Sequence record: OZ035774.1
Reading direction: 5' to 3' (one strand)
DNA: 44,649 bases
Origin: Vectrevirus T147P9
A model generated the notes under the pieces. It was not told the DNA's origin and ran no database searches. It saw nothing but the letters and a program-made list of their open reading frames with translations. Positions 36,487 to 44,649 of this stretch are shown one piece after another. A program made the position numbers and the translations under genes. How positions within the stretch are numbered: position 1 is the first letter of the stretch; each line of letters opens with the position of its first letter.

Positions 36487-37208
36487 TGGCTATAGGTTCA
36501 GCCGTTATGGCTGGTATGTCTTCTATTGGTAGTATGTTTGCAGGCAGCGGTGCAGCAGCCGCTGCTGGAGGTGCTGCCGCAGGTGGCGGAGGCTTGCTAG
36601 GTTCTCTAGGTGGCTTCCTAGGCGGCTCTACTGCTGGCTTCTCTAATGCTGGGCTTCTTGGTGCTGGCCTTCAAGGTTTAGGCTTGATTGGTGATCTCTT
36701 TGGTGGAAGTGATGAAGCCAAGGCAATGAAGAAAGCACAAGAAGAACAGTGGCGGCAGCAACTTATTGCTACACAAGAAGCATACAAAACAGTAGCAGAT
36801 GCAGAGCGTTCTGCTGCTAAACAATATCATGCAGATGCAATAAGCAATCAGGCTTCACTACTACAGCAGCGAGCACAGGTTGCATTACTAGCAGGTGCTA
36901 CTGGTACTGGTGGTAACTCTGTATCTTCTATGCTGAATGACTTAGCAGCAGAGGGCGGGAGGAACCAGAGTACAATTATTGATAACTATGAGAATCAGAA
37001 GATTAACTTCACCAATCAGCTTAAGTCTATCCAGCGAGGTGGACAGATGCAGATGCGTGAGTTTAAGAAGCCTTCTGCCGTAAGTACCTTGGTGCAAGGT
37101 ATTCCAAGTCTGGCTTCTGCTTATGTAACTGGTAGCAAGTCGGGCATGGCTTTAGGTAAAGCTCTAACGGATTCTCGTACATATTCATCTGGAACAAGAG
37201 GTATTTAA
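36486..37208 (+). CDS. internal virion protein (Gly/Ala-rich, gp13/gp14-class)
   Basis: 240 aa (ATG 36486, AAGGAGGG RBS); Gly/Ala-rich N-terminal segment typical of small internal core proteins. Confidence 0.6.
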   Translation: MAIGSAVMAGMSSIGSMFAGSGAAAAAGGAAAGGGGLLGSLGGFLGGSTAGFSNAGLLGAGLQGLGLIGDLFGGSDEAKAMKKAQEEQWRQQLIATQEAYKTVADAERSAAKQYHADAISNQASLLQQRAQVALLAGATGTGGNSVSSMLNDLAAEGGRNQSTIIDNYENQKINFTNQLKSIQRGGQMQMREFKKPSAVSTLVQGIPSLASAYVTGSKSGMALGKALTDSRTYSSGTRGI

Positions 37209-40156
37209 TGGCAATTGAGCGACAAGCAGTACAAGGCCTGCCACAAGTGCAGGCCACTTCTCCTAATGTCATGACCTTTGCACCTCAGCAAGTTGGAGGT
37301 GTGGAGGCTGGCGTAGCTTCTACCTCCGGTAGTCGATTTATCGAAGACCTTATTCGAGCAGCCAGTAGTGTAGCTGATGTTACCACGGGTATCCTTAATC
37401 AGAAGATTGAGGAGGATAAGGTTGTTCAAATGGAACGGGCATATAATGGATTAATGCCTTCTGAGGATGCAACTCGTGGTGGCGCTCGTGCTAACATGCT
37501 TGTCAAAGCTCAACTGCTAGCTAATGATGAAGCAGCACGAATGAAAGACATGGCTACTCGTTTCCAAGGAACAGATGACGAGTGGACACAACTCATGGTT
37601 GACTCTCGTAATGAGATGCAGAATAAACTGTTCCAGCAATACCCTGAGTTGCAAGGTGACAAAGATACTATGCGTATGGTCACTAATGTCTTCCAAGAAC
37701 AGCAGCCTCAGATTTGGGCTACACGAACCCAGCATAAACTTGACCGCGAACAAGCAGACCGTGAGGATACCTTTGACGGGCGAGTGGCTTCTACTTGGGA
37801 TTCTAGTATTGACCCCGAAGCTTCTGGTTATGCCCTACAGGAGCGAATCCGCGAGGGATTTACTCAAGGACTATTACCTGAGCAGATGCATAAGAAGCTG
37901 GTAGAGCGAGCTATTTCACTTGCTCAGGGTGGTGATATTAGCATGGCTGAAGCCTTGAAGTACGTGAAGGACGATAAGGGTGTTTCTGTCTATGCTAAGA
38001 ATCCGCAGCTTATCACAGCTATCACTAATGGTAATGCAGTTTGGGCTAGGAATAATGTTGCTGATGTGACTCGCATGTCTTTTGAAGTCAAAGAGTCCTA
38101 TCTTGCAGGTGACTTGACGGATGAAGAATTACTGGAGCGAGCACAGCACATTAATAGCCTGACAGGAAACTCTGTCTTCTCTAATCCAGAACTAGAAGCA
38201 CTGATGCGCCAACGAGCTAAGCAGAATGCAGAGCTAGGTGCAATGCAGGATATGCGACGTGAACTTTACTCTGATCGCATGACTGGCTTCCAAGGTAAGA
38301 CAGATAAAGAGAAGAAAGCCTACATTGATGTTATCAAACAGGATAGCCAACTATATGCAGACCAGCAAATCAAACAACGTGGCTTGGACCCTTACAGTCA
38401 AGAGGCTGAAGCTATTCGTGGTGCAGTGGAAGTGCAGCGCCTGCAATTCATGAACTCCAAAGGCTTAGTGGATGACACCTTTGAGTCTCGTATCAAAGCC
38501 ATGGAGTCTATGCTATCACCTGAGCACTTCGCTAAAGGAGAACCACAGGAGTTAATGACTATTCGTCAGTTGTGGGAACAGTTACCAGAAGAAAGCCGAG
38601 GTGTCTTTGGTGATACGGTGAATGGCTATATGGATAACTACAACACTGCATTACAAATGGGAGAGACGCCCTTGCAGGCTGCAAGGTTTGCCCGTGAAGC
38701 ACAGCAGAAATTCTCTCGTACTGAGAAAGAAACCAAGAAGTTCAACTCAGCTATTGGAGATGCACTGGATGAGGTATCTGGTGCTGGCTGGTTTGATGGT
38801 AAAACCGAAGTGTCCGACTTAGGTAAAGCTATTGCAGAAGAAGAGTTACGAGCTAAGGCCAATATGCTGTGGTCTAGCGGTATGCGTAACATGGATTCCA
38901 TCAAGAAGGCTTTAATTACTTGGGGCAATAAACGCTACACTCAATCAGAGGATGCAAAGACTTCCGGTGGTTATTTCATTAAAGGTGATTACACTTCTGC
39001 ATCTGACATGCTTATGTCTGTTGGGAAAGGTGTAAACCCTACCGATGTACCTCTGGCGCTTGGTAGGTATGTAGAGACACAAATGCCAGAATTGAAGAAG
39101 GAACTTCAAGAGTGGGAAACTAAGGATGATGTATACATTGATTACAATGAGCAGAAAGGTACTTTCGTGATTCGTGCTGGTGCAGCAGGTCGCCCTCTTT
39201 CTGGAGTAATCCCTGTCACCTCTTTAGATACCACTTCACTACTAGACTCTGCCTATCAGAAGAAAGTAGAAGAACGAGATAAAGGTGAATATGTTCACCC
39301 ATATCGTACAGATATCGGTGCACAAGAACCTATGCCAGCTAAGCCAACTGCCAAGGATATTGGTAAATTTGGACTAGCTAATTTCCTCATGTCTTCTGCC
39401 TTTGCTTCTGGTGAGAATCTACCTTCTAACTTCGAGATTAACTATAGAGGCAACATGCAACAATTCTATGACAAGCTAGCTATGGATGAGAATGGCGATA
39501 AGCTGGGCTTCAACAAAGCCACAGGAACCTTCACACCGTACAAAGATGCACATGGCGAGTCTGTAGGCTACGGTCACTTCCTTACGGAAGAAGAAAAGAG
39601 AAATGGGTACATTAAGATTGGTGACGAACTAGTTCCGTATCGCGGCTCTATGTCTCAGCTCACTGAGAGTAAGGCCCGTGCTCTTATGGAACAAGATGCC
39701 AAGAAGCATGTACCTCCAACTCGTGATTGGAAAATCCCATTCGACCAGATGCATCCGGCACAGCAGCGCGGTTTAATGGATTTAACCTATAACTTAGGTA
39801 AAGGTGGAATCCAGAATGCACCGCGTGCTCTTGCTGCATTCAAGGCAGGTAAGCTTACAGAAGGCTTTATCGAAATGCTGGGTACTGCATCCAGTGAAGG
39901 TAAGCGTATTCCTGGTTTACTGAAGCGACGCGCTGAGGCTTACAATATGGCATCTGCCGGTGGTGTACCTAAGATTACCGAAGTAGAGACTCGTGAAGAT
40001 GGGTCTATGTGGGTTAAGTTCGGCGGACCTATGCCAGCAGGTTCTGTATCTGCATGGACTCATAAACGTATTGGCGCTGATGGCTGGTATCAGGTTTATG
40101 AGGCTGCACCTACCAAGTTAGCTAAAGGCTCTAAGGTAGGTAAAGTTAAGTTGTAG
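37208..40156 (+). CDS. internal virion (ejectosome) protein with C-terminal T4-lysozyme-like (GH24) domain
   Basis: 982 aa; C-terminal TPYKDAHGESVGYGHFL and QRGLMDLTYNLGKGG...GKRIPGLLKRRAEAYNM resemble T4 lysozyme segments (YKDTEGYYTIGIGHLL; ALINMVFQMG...RAKRV). Confidence 0.75.
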   Translation: MAIERQAVQGLPQVQATSPNVMTFAPQQVGGVEAGVASTSGSRFIEDLIRAASSVADVTTGILNQKIEEDKVVQMERAYNGLMPSEDATRGGARANMLVKAQLLANDEAARMKDMATRFQGTDDEWTQLMVDSRNEMQNKLFQQYPELQGDKDTMRMVTNVFQEQQPQIWATRTQHKLDREQADREDTFDGRVASTWDSSIDPEASGYALQERIREGFTQGLLPEQMHKKLVERAISLAQGGDISMAEALKYVKDDKGVSVYAKNPQLITAITNGNAVWARNNVADVTRMSFEVKESYLAGDLTDEELLERAQHINSLTGNSVFSNPELEALMRQRAKQNAELGAMQDMRRELYSDRMTGFQGKTDKEKKAYIDVIKQDSQLYADQQIKQRGLDPYSQEAEAIRGAVEVQRLQFMNSKGLVDDTFESRIKAMESMLSPEHFAKGEPQELMTIRQLWEQLPEESRGVFGDTVNGYMDNYNTALQMGETPLQAARFAREAQQKFSRTEKETKKFNSAIGDALDEVSGAGWFDGKTEVSDLGKAIAEEELRAKANMLWSSGMRNMDSIKKALITWGNKRYTQSEDAKTSGGYFIKGDYTSASDMLMSVGKGVNPTDVPLALGRYVETQMPELKKELQEWETKDDVYIDYNEQKGTFVIRAGAAGRPLSGVIPVTSLDTTSLLDSAYQKKVEERDKGEYVHPYRTDIGAQEPMPAKPTAKDIGKFGLANFLMSSAFASGENLPSNFEINYRGNMQQFYDKLAMDENGDKLGFNKATGTFTPYKDAHGESVGYGHFLTEEEKRNGYIKIGDELVPYRGSMSQLTESKARALMEQDAKKHVPPTRDWKIPFDQMHPAQQRGLMDLTYNLGKGGIQNAPRALAAFKAGKLTEGFIEMLGTASSEGKRIPGLLKRRAEAYNMASAGGVPKITEVETREDGSMWVKFGGPMPAGSVSAWTHKRIGADGWYQVYEAAPTKLAKGSKVGKVKL

Positions 40157-40173
40157 TACCTAACTCAAGGCTT

Positions 40174-40189
40174 GTCTCACATGTGAGAC
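40174..40189. repeat. 16-bp perfect palindrome GTCTCACATGTGAGAC (copy 6 of 6)
   Basis: Context ggcttgtctcacatgtgagacaggtctttatg is near-identical to copy 3 including the U-rich tail. Confidence 0.9.
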
Positions 40190-40220
40190 AGGTCTTTATG
40201 ATAGGCACTATGGAGGAACT

Positions 40221-43200
40221 ATGGAACAAGATATTAATACTAATTGGGCTGGTTATGTCCAGTCTACTCCTGAGCCGTTTTCTATTGAGGCGGCTCCGGT
40301 ATCGGCTCCTACGATACGCCAGCGTAATGAGCTACAAGAGCAAGTCCTTGAAGCTAAAGCAGACGCGGATATCTTAGGTGCTGTAGGTGCTGCCTTCCAG
40401 AATGAGTGGTTGGCATTCGGAGGTAAGAGATGGTATGACCGTGCCACTGCTGACTTCACACCCCAACCTGACTTTGAAATCCAACCAGAGCAACGTGAAG
40501 CTCTTCGCTTCAAATACGGAACGGATATGATGCAGACAATCACTGAGGGTGTTAGGTCTGAGGATGAATTAAACTTCCGTATTCAGAACGCTGATGAAGA
40601 CCTTGAGCGTAATAAACGTATTGCGCAGGCTGGCTGGGCTGGCTCTGTGGCAACGATTGGCGCTGCTGTGCTTGACCCAGTGGGTTGGGTTGCCTCTATC
40701 CCAACTGGCGGTGCAGCCAAAGTCGGCCTCGTAGGTCGTGCCGTGCGTGGCGCTATCGCCGCTGGCGTGAGCAATGCCGCTATTGAATCCGTGTTAGTAC
40801 AAGGCGACATGACTCGTGATTTAGATGACATTATGGTAGCACTAGGCTCCGGTATGGCTATGGGTGGCGTTATTGGCGCTGTAGCGCGTGGTAGGGCCAC
40901 TAAGCTCAGCGAGCAAGGGGATGACAGGGCTGCGAGTGTTGTGCGCAGTGCAGATGCAGGGGACCGCTATGTTCGTGCCGTTGCCGATGACAGTATAGGT
41001 GCGATGCGTGTTAAGGGTGAAGAGGTACTCACTGAGGGCGCATTTGATATATCTAGTAAAGGTGAAGACTTGCTGAAAACATTGCAGAGGGAAGGGAACG
41101 CTATTGACATGACCCCTCGCCGCTGGGCCGGAACTTTGTCTGCCCTTGGTACTGTCGTACATTCCTCTCAGGATGCAAGTGTACGCGGTCTTGGTGCTCG
41201 CCTGTTTGAGTCCCCGCAAGGCTTAGGTGCACAGAAGGCATCGGCTAGTCTCATGCAGAATACTAACTTGAACCGTCTGAAATCTGCTGATATGAATCGT
41301 TTCAACGATGGGTTCGATTTATGGCTCAAAGAGAATAATATCAATCCGGTTGCAGGTCATACTAACTCTCACTATGTGCAGCAATATAATGAGAAGGTAT
41401 GGGAAGCTGTACGCATCGGTATGGATGAGTCTACGCCTAAGTCTATCCGTATGGCAGCAGAGGGGCAGCAAGCTATGTATCGTGAAGCATTAGCATTACG
41501 TCAACGCTCTGGTGAAGCTGGGTTTGAAAAGGTTAAAGCAGATGATAAGTACATGCCTGATATTTTTGACAGTATGAAGGCTCGTCGTCAATTCGGTATG
41601 CACGATAAAGAGGACATCATTGAGCTATTCTCTCGTGCATACCAGAATGGTTCTCGTAAGGTTCCAAAGGAAGTGGCTGATGATATTGCACGTGCACAAG
41701 TAAACCGCGTTGCTGATGCCACCTTGACCGGACAGCTTAGCTTTGAAAAGGCTATGTCTGGTCAAACCAAAGCAGAATATGAAGCACTCATGCGCAAAGC
41801 AGGCTTTAGTGATGAAGAGATTGAAAAGATGGTAGAAGCTCTGGATAATAAAGAAACCAGAGATAATATCTCTAACCGAGCTAAGATGAGTTTAGGCTTA
41901 GATGTTACTCAAGAGTACAATGGCATTCGTATGCGTGACTTTATGAACACTAACGTGGAAGAGTTAACAGATAACTACATGAAGGAAGCGGCAGGTGGTG
42001 CTGCCTTGGCTCGTCAAGGTTTCTCTACCTATCAGGCTGCACTTAGTGCAATTGACCTTGTAGAGCGAAATGCACGAAATGCAGCTAAAGATACAAAAGC
42101 ACACGCACAATTTGAAGCGGAGTCTGCTAAGATTCGTCAATCAGAGCCTGATTACAAGAAGGCACAAGAGAAGATTGAAGAGTTAAAGAAGAGACTTAAA
42201 TTGAAAGAGAAAGATGAAGCAGCAGGTCTGGCTGTTGATGAAGAAATCCGTCAGATGCGAGAAGGGCTTCGCTTAATTATGGGTAAATCTATCGATGCAG
42301 ACCCACAGACTTTGTCTAATAAAATGCTGCGTCGTGGTCGTGACATCACAGGCGTACTTCGCTTAGGTCAGATGGGCTTCGCACAGCTAGGTGAACTTGC
42401 TAACTTCATGGGTGAGTTTGGTATTGCTGCAACCACTATAGCTTTAGGTAAGCAATTCCGCTTTACATCTAAAGCTTTGCGGAGCGGGGATGGCTTCTTC
42501 CGAGATAAGAACTTGGCAGAAGTAGAGAGGATGGTAGGTTACATTGGTGAGGATAACTGGCTAACAACCAAGGGTGCACGTCCAGATGAGTTTGGTGATG
42601 TAACCACAGTAAGAGGGATGATGGTTCACTTTGACCAATCCATGAACTCAATACGTCGTGCTCAGACCAACCTATCGCTCTTCCGCATGGCACAGGGTTC
42701 TCTGGAGCGAATGACTAATAGGCAAATAGCCTTGTCTTTCATTGACCACCTTGAAGGCAAGAAGATTATTCCTCAGAAGAAACTGGAGGAACTTGGTCTT
42801 ACTCAGGGGTTCATGACTAACCTACAGAAGCACTATGATGCTAACTCTAAAGGTTCTGGCTTGCTTGGATTTGATACAATGCCTTATGCCATGGGTGAAA
42901 CTTTAGCTAATGCTATTCGTCGTAAGTCAGGTCTAATTATCCAACGTAACTTCATTGGTGATGAAGGGATCTGGATGAACAAAGCGCTTGGTAAAACTTT
43001 TGCACAGCTTAAGTCTTTCTCTTTGGTATCTGGTGAGAAGCAATTTGGTCGAGGTATTCGCCACGATAAGATTGGTCTTGCTAAGAAGACAGCCTATGGG
43101 TTTGCTTTAGGTTCCATAGTATATGCAGCGAAAGCTTATGTGAACTCTATTGGACGAGAAGACCAAGATGAATATCTGGAAGAGAAACTATCCCCTAAAG

Positions 43201-43529
43201 GGTTGGCTTTTGGTGCTATGGGTATGATGAGTACAACTGCTGTGTTTAGCTTAGGTGGAGACTTCTTAGGCGGCCTAGGTGTTCTCCCTTCTGAGTTAGT
43301 ACAATCCCGTTATGAGGCTGGCTTTCAGACTAAGGGTTTGATAGACCAAATACCACTAGTAGGTGTTGGTCAAGATGCATATCGTTTAGCAGATTCTATA
43401 ACTAAATATGCAGAGGGTGATACAGAAGGTGTAGATGTGGCACGTAGGGCTTTACGCTTAGTGCCTCTAACTAATGTAATAGGAATCCAGAACGCATTGC
43501 GTTATGGCTTAGATGAACTGGAGGATTGA
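40221..43529 (+). CDS. large internal virion/core protein (gp16-class)
   Basis: 1102-aa ORF after two other internal virion protein genes; Gly/Ala-rich hydrophobic segment near residues 130-200; call by size and synteny. Confidence 0.7.
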   Translation: MEQDINTNWAGYVQSTPEPFSIEAAPVSAPTIRQRNELQEQVLEAKADADILGAVGAAFQNEWLAFGGKRWYDRATADFTPQPDFEIQPEQREALRFKYGTDMMQTITEGVRSEDELNFRIQNADEDLERNKRIAQAGWAGSVATIGAAVLDPVGWVASIPTGGAAKVGLVGRAVRGAIAAGVSNAAIESVLVQGDMTRDLDDIMVALGSGMAMGGVIGAVARGRATKLSEQGDDRAASVVRSADAGDRYVRAVADDSIGAMRVKGEEVLTEGAFDISSKGEDLLKTLQREGNAIDMTPRRWAGTLSALGTVVHSSQDASVRGLGARLFESPQGLGAQKASASLMQNTNLNRLKSADMNRFNDGFDLWLKENNINPVAGHTNSHYVQQYNEKVWEAVRIGMDESTPKSIRMAAEGQQAMYREALALRQRSGEAGFEKVKADDKYMPDIFDSMKARRQFGMHDKEDIIELFSRAYQNGSRKVPKEVADDIARAQVNRVADATLTGQLSFEKAMSGQTKAEYEALMRKAGFSDEEIEKMVEALDNKETRDNISNRAKMSLGLDVTQEYNGIRMRDFMNTNVEELTDNYMKEAAGGAALARQGFSTYQAALSAIDLVERNARNAAKDTKAHAQFEAESAKIRQSEPDYKKAQEKIEELKKRLKLKEKDEAAGLAVDEEIRQMREGLRLIMGKSIDADPQTLSNKMLRRGRDITGVLRLGQMGFAQLGELANFMGEFGIAATTIALGKQFRFTSKALRSGDGFFRDKNLAEVERMVGYIGEDNWLTTKGARPDEFGDVTTVRGMMVHFDQSMNSIRRAQTNLSLFRMAQGSLERMTNRQIALSFIDHLEGKKIIPQKKLEELGLTQGFMTNLQKHYDANSKGSGLLGFDTMPYAMGETLANAIRRKSGLIIQRNFIGDEGIWMNKALGKTFAQLKSFSLVSGEKQFGRGIRHDKIGLAKKTAYGFALGSIVYAAKAYVNSIGREDQDEYLEEKLSPKGLAFGAMGMMSTTAVFSLGGDFLGGLGVLPSELVQSRYEAGFQTKGLIDQIPLVGVGQDAYRLADSITKYAEGDTEGVDVARRALRLVPLTNVIGIQNALRYGLDELED

Positions 43530-44491
43530 TGAGTTATACTTTCACAGAACATATAGCCAACGGTACGCAAGTAACCTATCCCTTTAGCTTTGCTGGTAGG
43601 GATAAAGGTTATCTTCGTGCCTCAGATGTGATAGTGGAATCTCTTCAAGGTAACACTTGGATTGAGGTTACATCTGGCTGGCAATTAACTGGCACGCACC
43701 AGATTACTTTTGATGTAGCACCAGTTGCAGGTTTGAAGTTCCGTATTCGAAGGGAAGTACAAAAGGAATATCCATACGCTGAGTTTGACCGTGGTGTTAC
43801 CTTGGATATGAAGTCTTTAAATGGTTCTTTCATTCATATACTGGAGATTACACAGGAGTTACTTGACGGGTTTTATCCAGAAGGATACTTCATTAAACAG
43901 AATGTAAGCTGGGGCGGCAATAAGATTACTGATTTGGCTGATGGCACAAATCCGGGAGATGCAGTAAATAAAGGGCAGCTTGATGCCATTGACAAGAAGC
44001 ATACAGATTGGAACACCAAACAGGATATTGAGATTGCTGGCCTTAAAGCAGGTATGACTTCTGGTATTGCGCACAGAACTATCCCTTGGTACACGATCGC
44101 CCAAGGAGGTGAGGTTTCCGTAAAACCTCCTTATGAATTTCAAGATGCACTAGTTTTCCTTAATGGGGTCTTGCAACACCAAATCGTAGGCGCATACTCT
44201 ATAAGCAGCAACACTATCACTTTCGCAGAGCCACTTGTGGCTGGCACAGAGGTGTATGTGCTGATTGGCAGTCGTGTGGCTACATCTGAACCTAATATTC
44301 AGTTAGAGTTGAACTTTGACTTAGTAGAAGGCCAACAAGTAGTACAGATTGGCTCTGCATTTAAGTACATTGAGGTCTACCTTGATGGATTATTACAACC
44401 TAAACTTGCTTATCAGGTAGACGGTGTCATTGTTACTTTCTCAGAAAGAGTACCAGAATGCCGGATGACTGCTAAGATTATCACAGCATAA
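43526..44491 (+). CDS. tail fibre adaptor protein (homologue of the T7 gp17 N-terminal tail-attachment domain)
   Basis: 321 aa; TYPFSFAGRDKGYLRASDVIVESL and IRREVQKEYPYAEFDRGVTLDMKSLNGSFIHILEITQE parallel the N-terminus of T7 gp17 but the protein lacks a long fibre shaft. Confidence 0.75.
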   Translation: MMSYTFTEHIANGTQVTYPFSFAGRDKGYLRASDVIVESLQGNTWIEVTSGWQLTGTHQITFDVAPVAGLKFRIRREVQKEYPYAEFDRGVTLDMKSLNGSFIHILEITQELLDGFYPEGYFIKQNVSWGGNKITDLADGTNPGDAVNKGQLDAIDKKHTDWNTKQDIEIAGLKAGMTSGIAHRTIPWYTIAQGGEVSVKPPYEFQDALVFLNGVLQHQIVGAYSISSNTITFAEPLVAGTEVYVLIGSRVATSEPNIQLELNFDLVEGQQVVQIGSAFKYIEVYLDGLLQPKLAYQVDGVIVTFSERVPECRMTAKIITA

Positions 44492-44500
44492 GGAGGTAGG

Positions 44501-44649
44501 ATGATTAACTCCGAACTGGTAGATAGTGGTGTGAAGCTTGCGCCACCTGCACTCGTATCAGGTGGGTACTTCCTCGGTATCAGTTGGGATAATTGGGTGT
44601 TAATCGCAACATTCATTTATACCGTGTTGCAAATTGGGGACTGGTTTTA
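44501..44649 (+). CDS. class II holin, T7 gp17.5-like (3' end beyond window; continues in frame at position 1-46)
   Basis: MINSELVDSGVKLAPPALVSGGYFLGISWDNWVLIATFIYTVLQIGDWF resembles remembered T7 gp17.5; AGGAGG RBS; no stop before the window end; reading on from position 1 gives a basic tail and a stop at 44-46. Confidence 0.75.
   Translation, partial: MINSELVDSGVKLAPPALVSGGYFLGISWDNWVLIATFIYTVLQIGDWF

Noticed and set aside
1-44649. Prophage or temperate lifestyle (integrase, repressor, attachment sites)
   Set aside because: No integrase, recombinase or repressor-like ORF; gene content is that of a strictly lytic T7-supergroup phage.

Overview
The window reads as one complete, circularly permuted genome of a lytic T7-supergroup podophage of the SP6/K1-5/K1E type (about 44.6 kb, all genes on the + strand). 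Calls rest on reading the six-frame translations against remembered T7/T4/SP6 sequences and motifs; no database search was run, so homology calls are from recall and coordinates of short elements are hand-counted. Gene order from position 1: terminase small subunit, an HNH endonuclease, terminase large subunit, a lysis cassette (M15 peptidase endolysin, small membrane protein, overlapping Rz/Rz1-like spanins), two tandem tailspike genes, the probable physical genome-end region (GC-rich segment plus about 16 CTTAGTG repeats, about 8.4-9.25 kb), an early region with an Ocr homologue, the single-subunit RNA polymerase, gp1.1 homologue, primase-helicase, DNA polymerase flanked by two more HNH endonucleases, exonuclease, endonuclease VII-like resolvase, metallophosphoesterase, DNA ligase, GNAT acetyltransferase, then portal, scaffold, capsid, tail tube A/B, internal virion proteins (one with a T4-lysozyme-like domain), tail-fibre adaptor and a T7 gp17.5-like holin that runs off the window end and continues in frame at position 1. 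About 14 phage promoters (consensus ATTTACTGGACACTATAGAAG, an SP6-like variant) and three hairpin/U-tract terminators are visible. The most unusual unexplained signals are a 16-bp perfect palindrome present six times and the dual tailspike module. No integrase, tRNA or CRISPR was seen.
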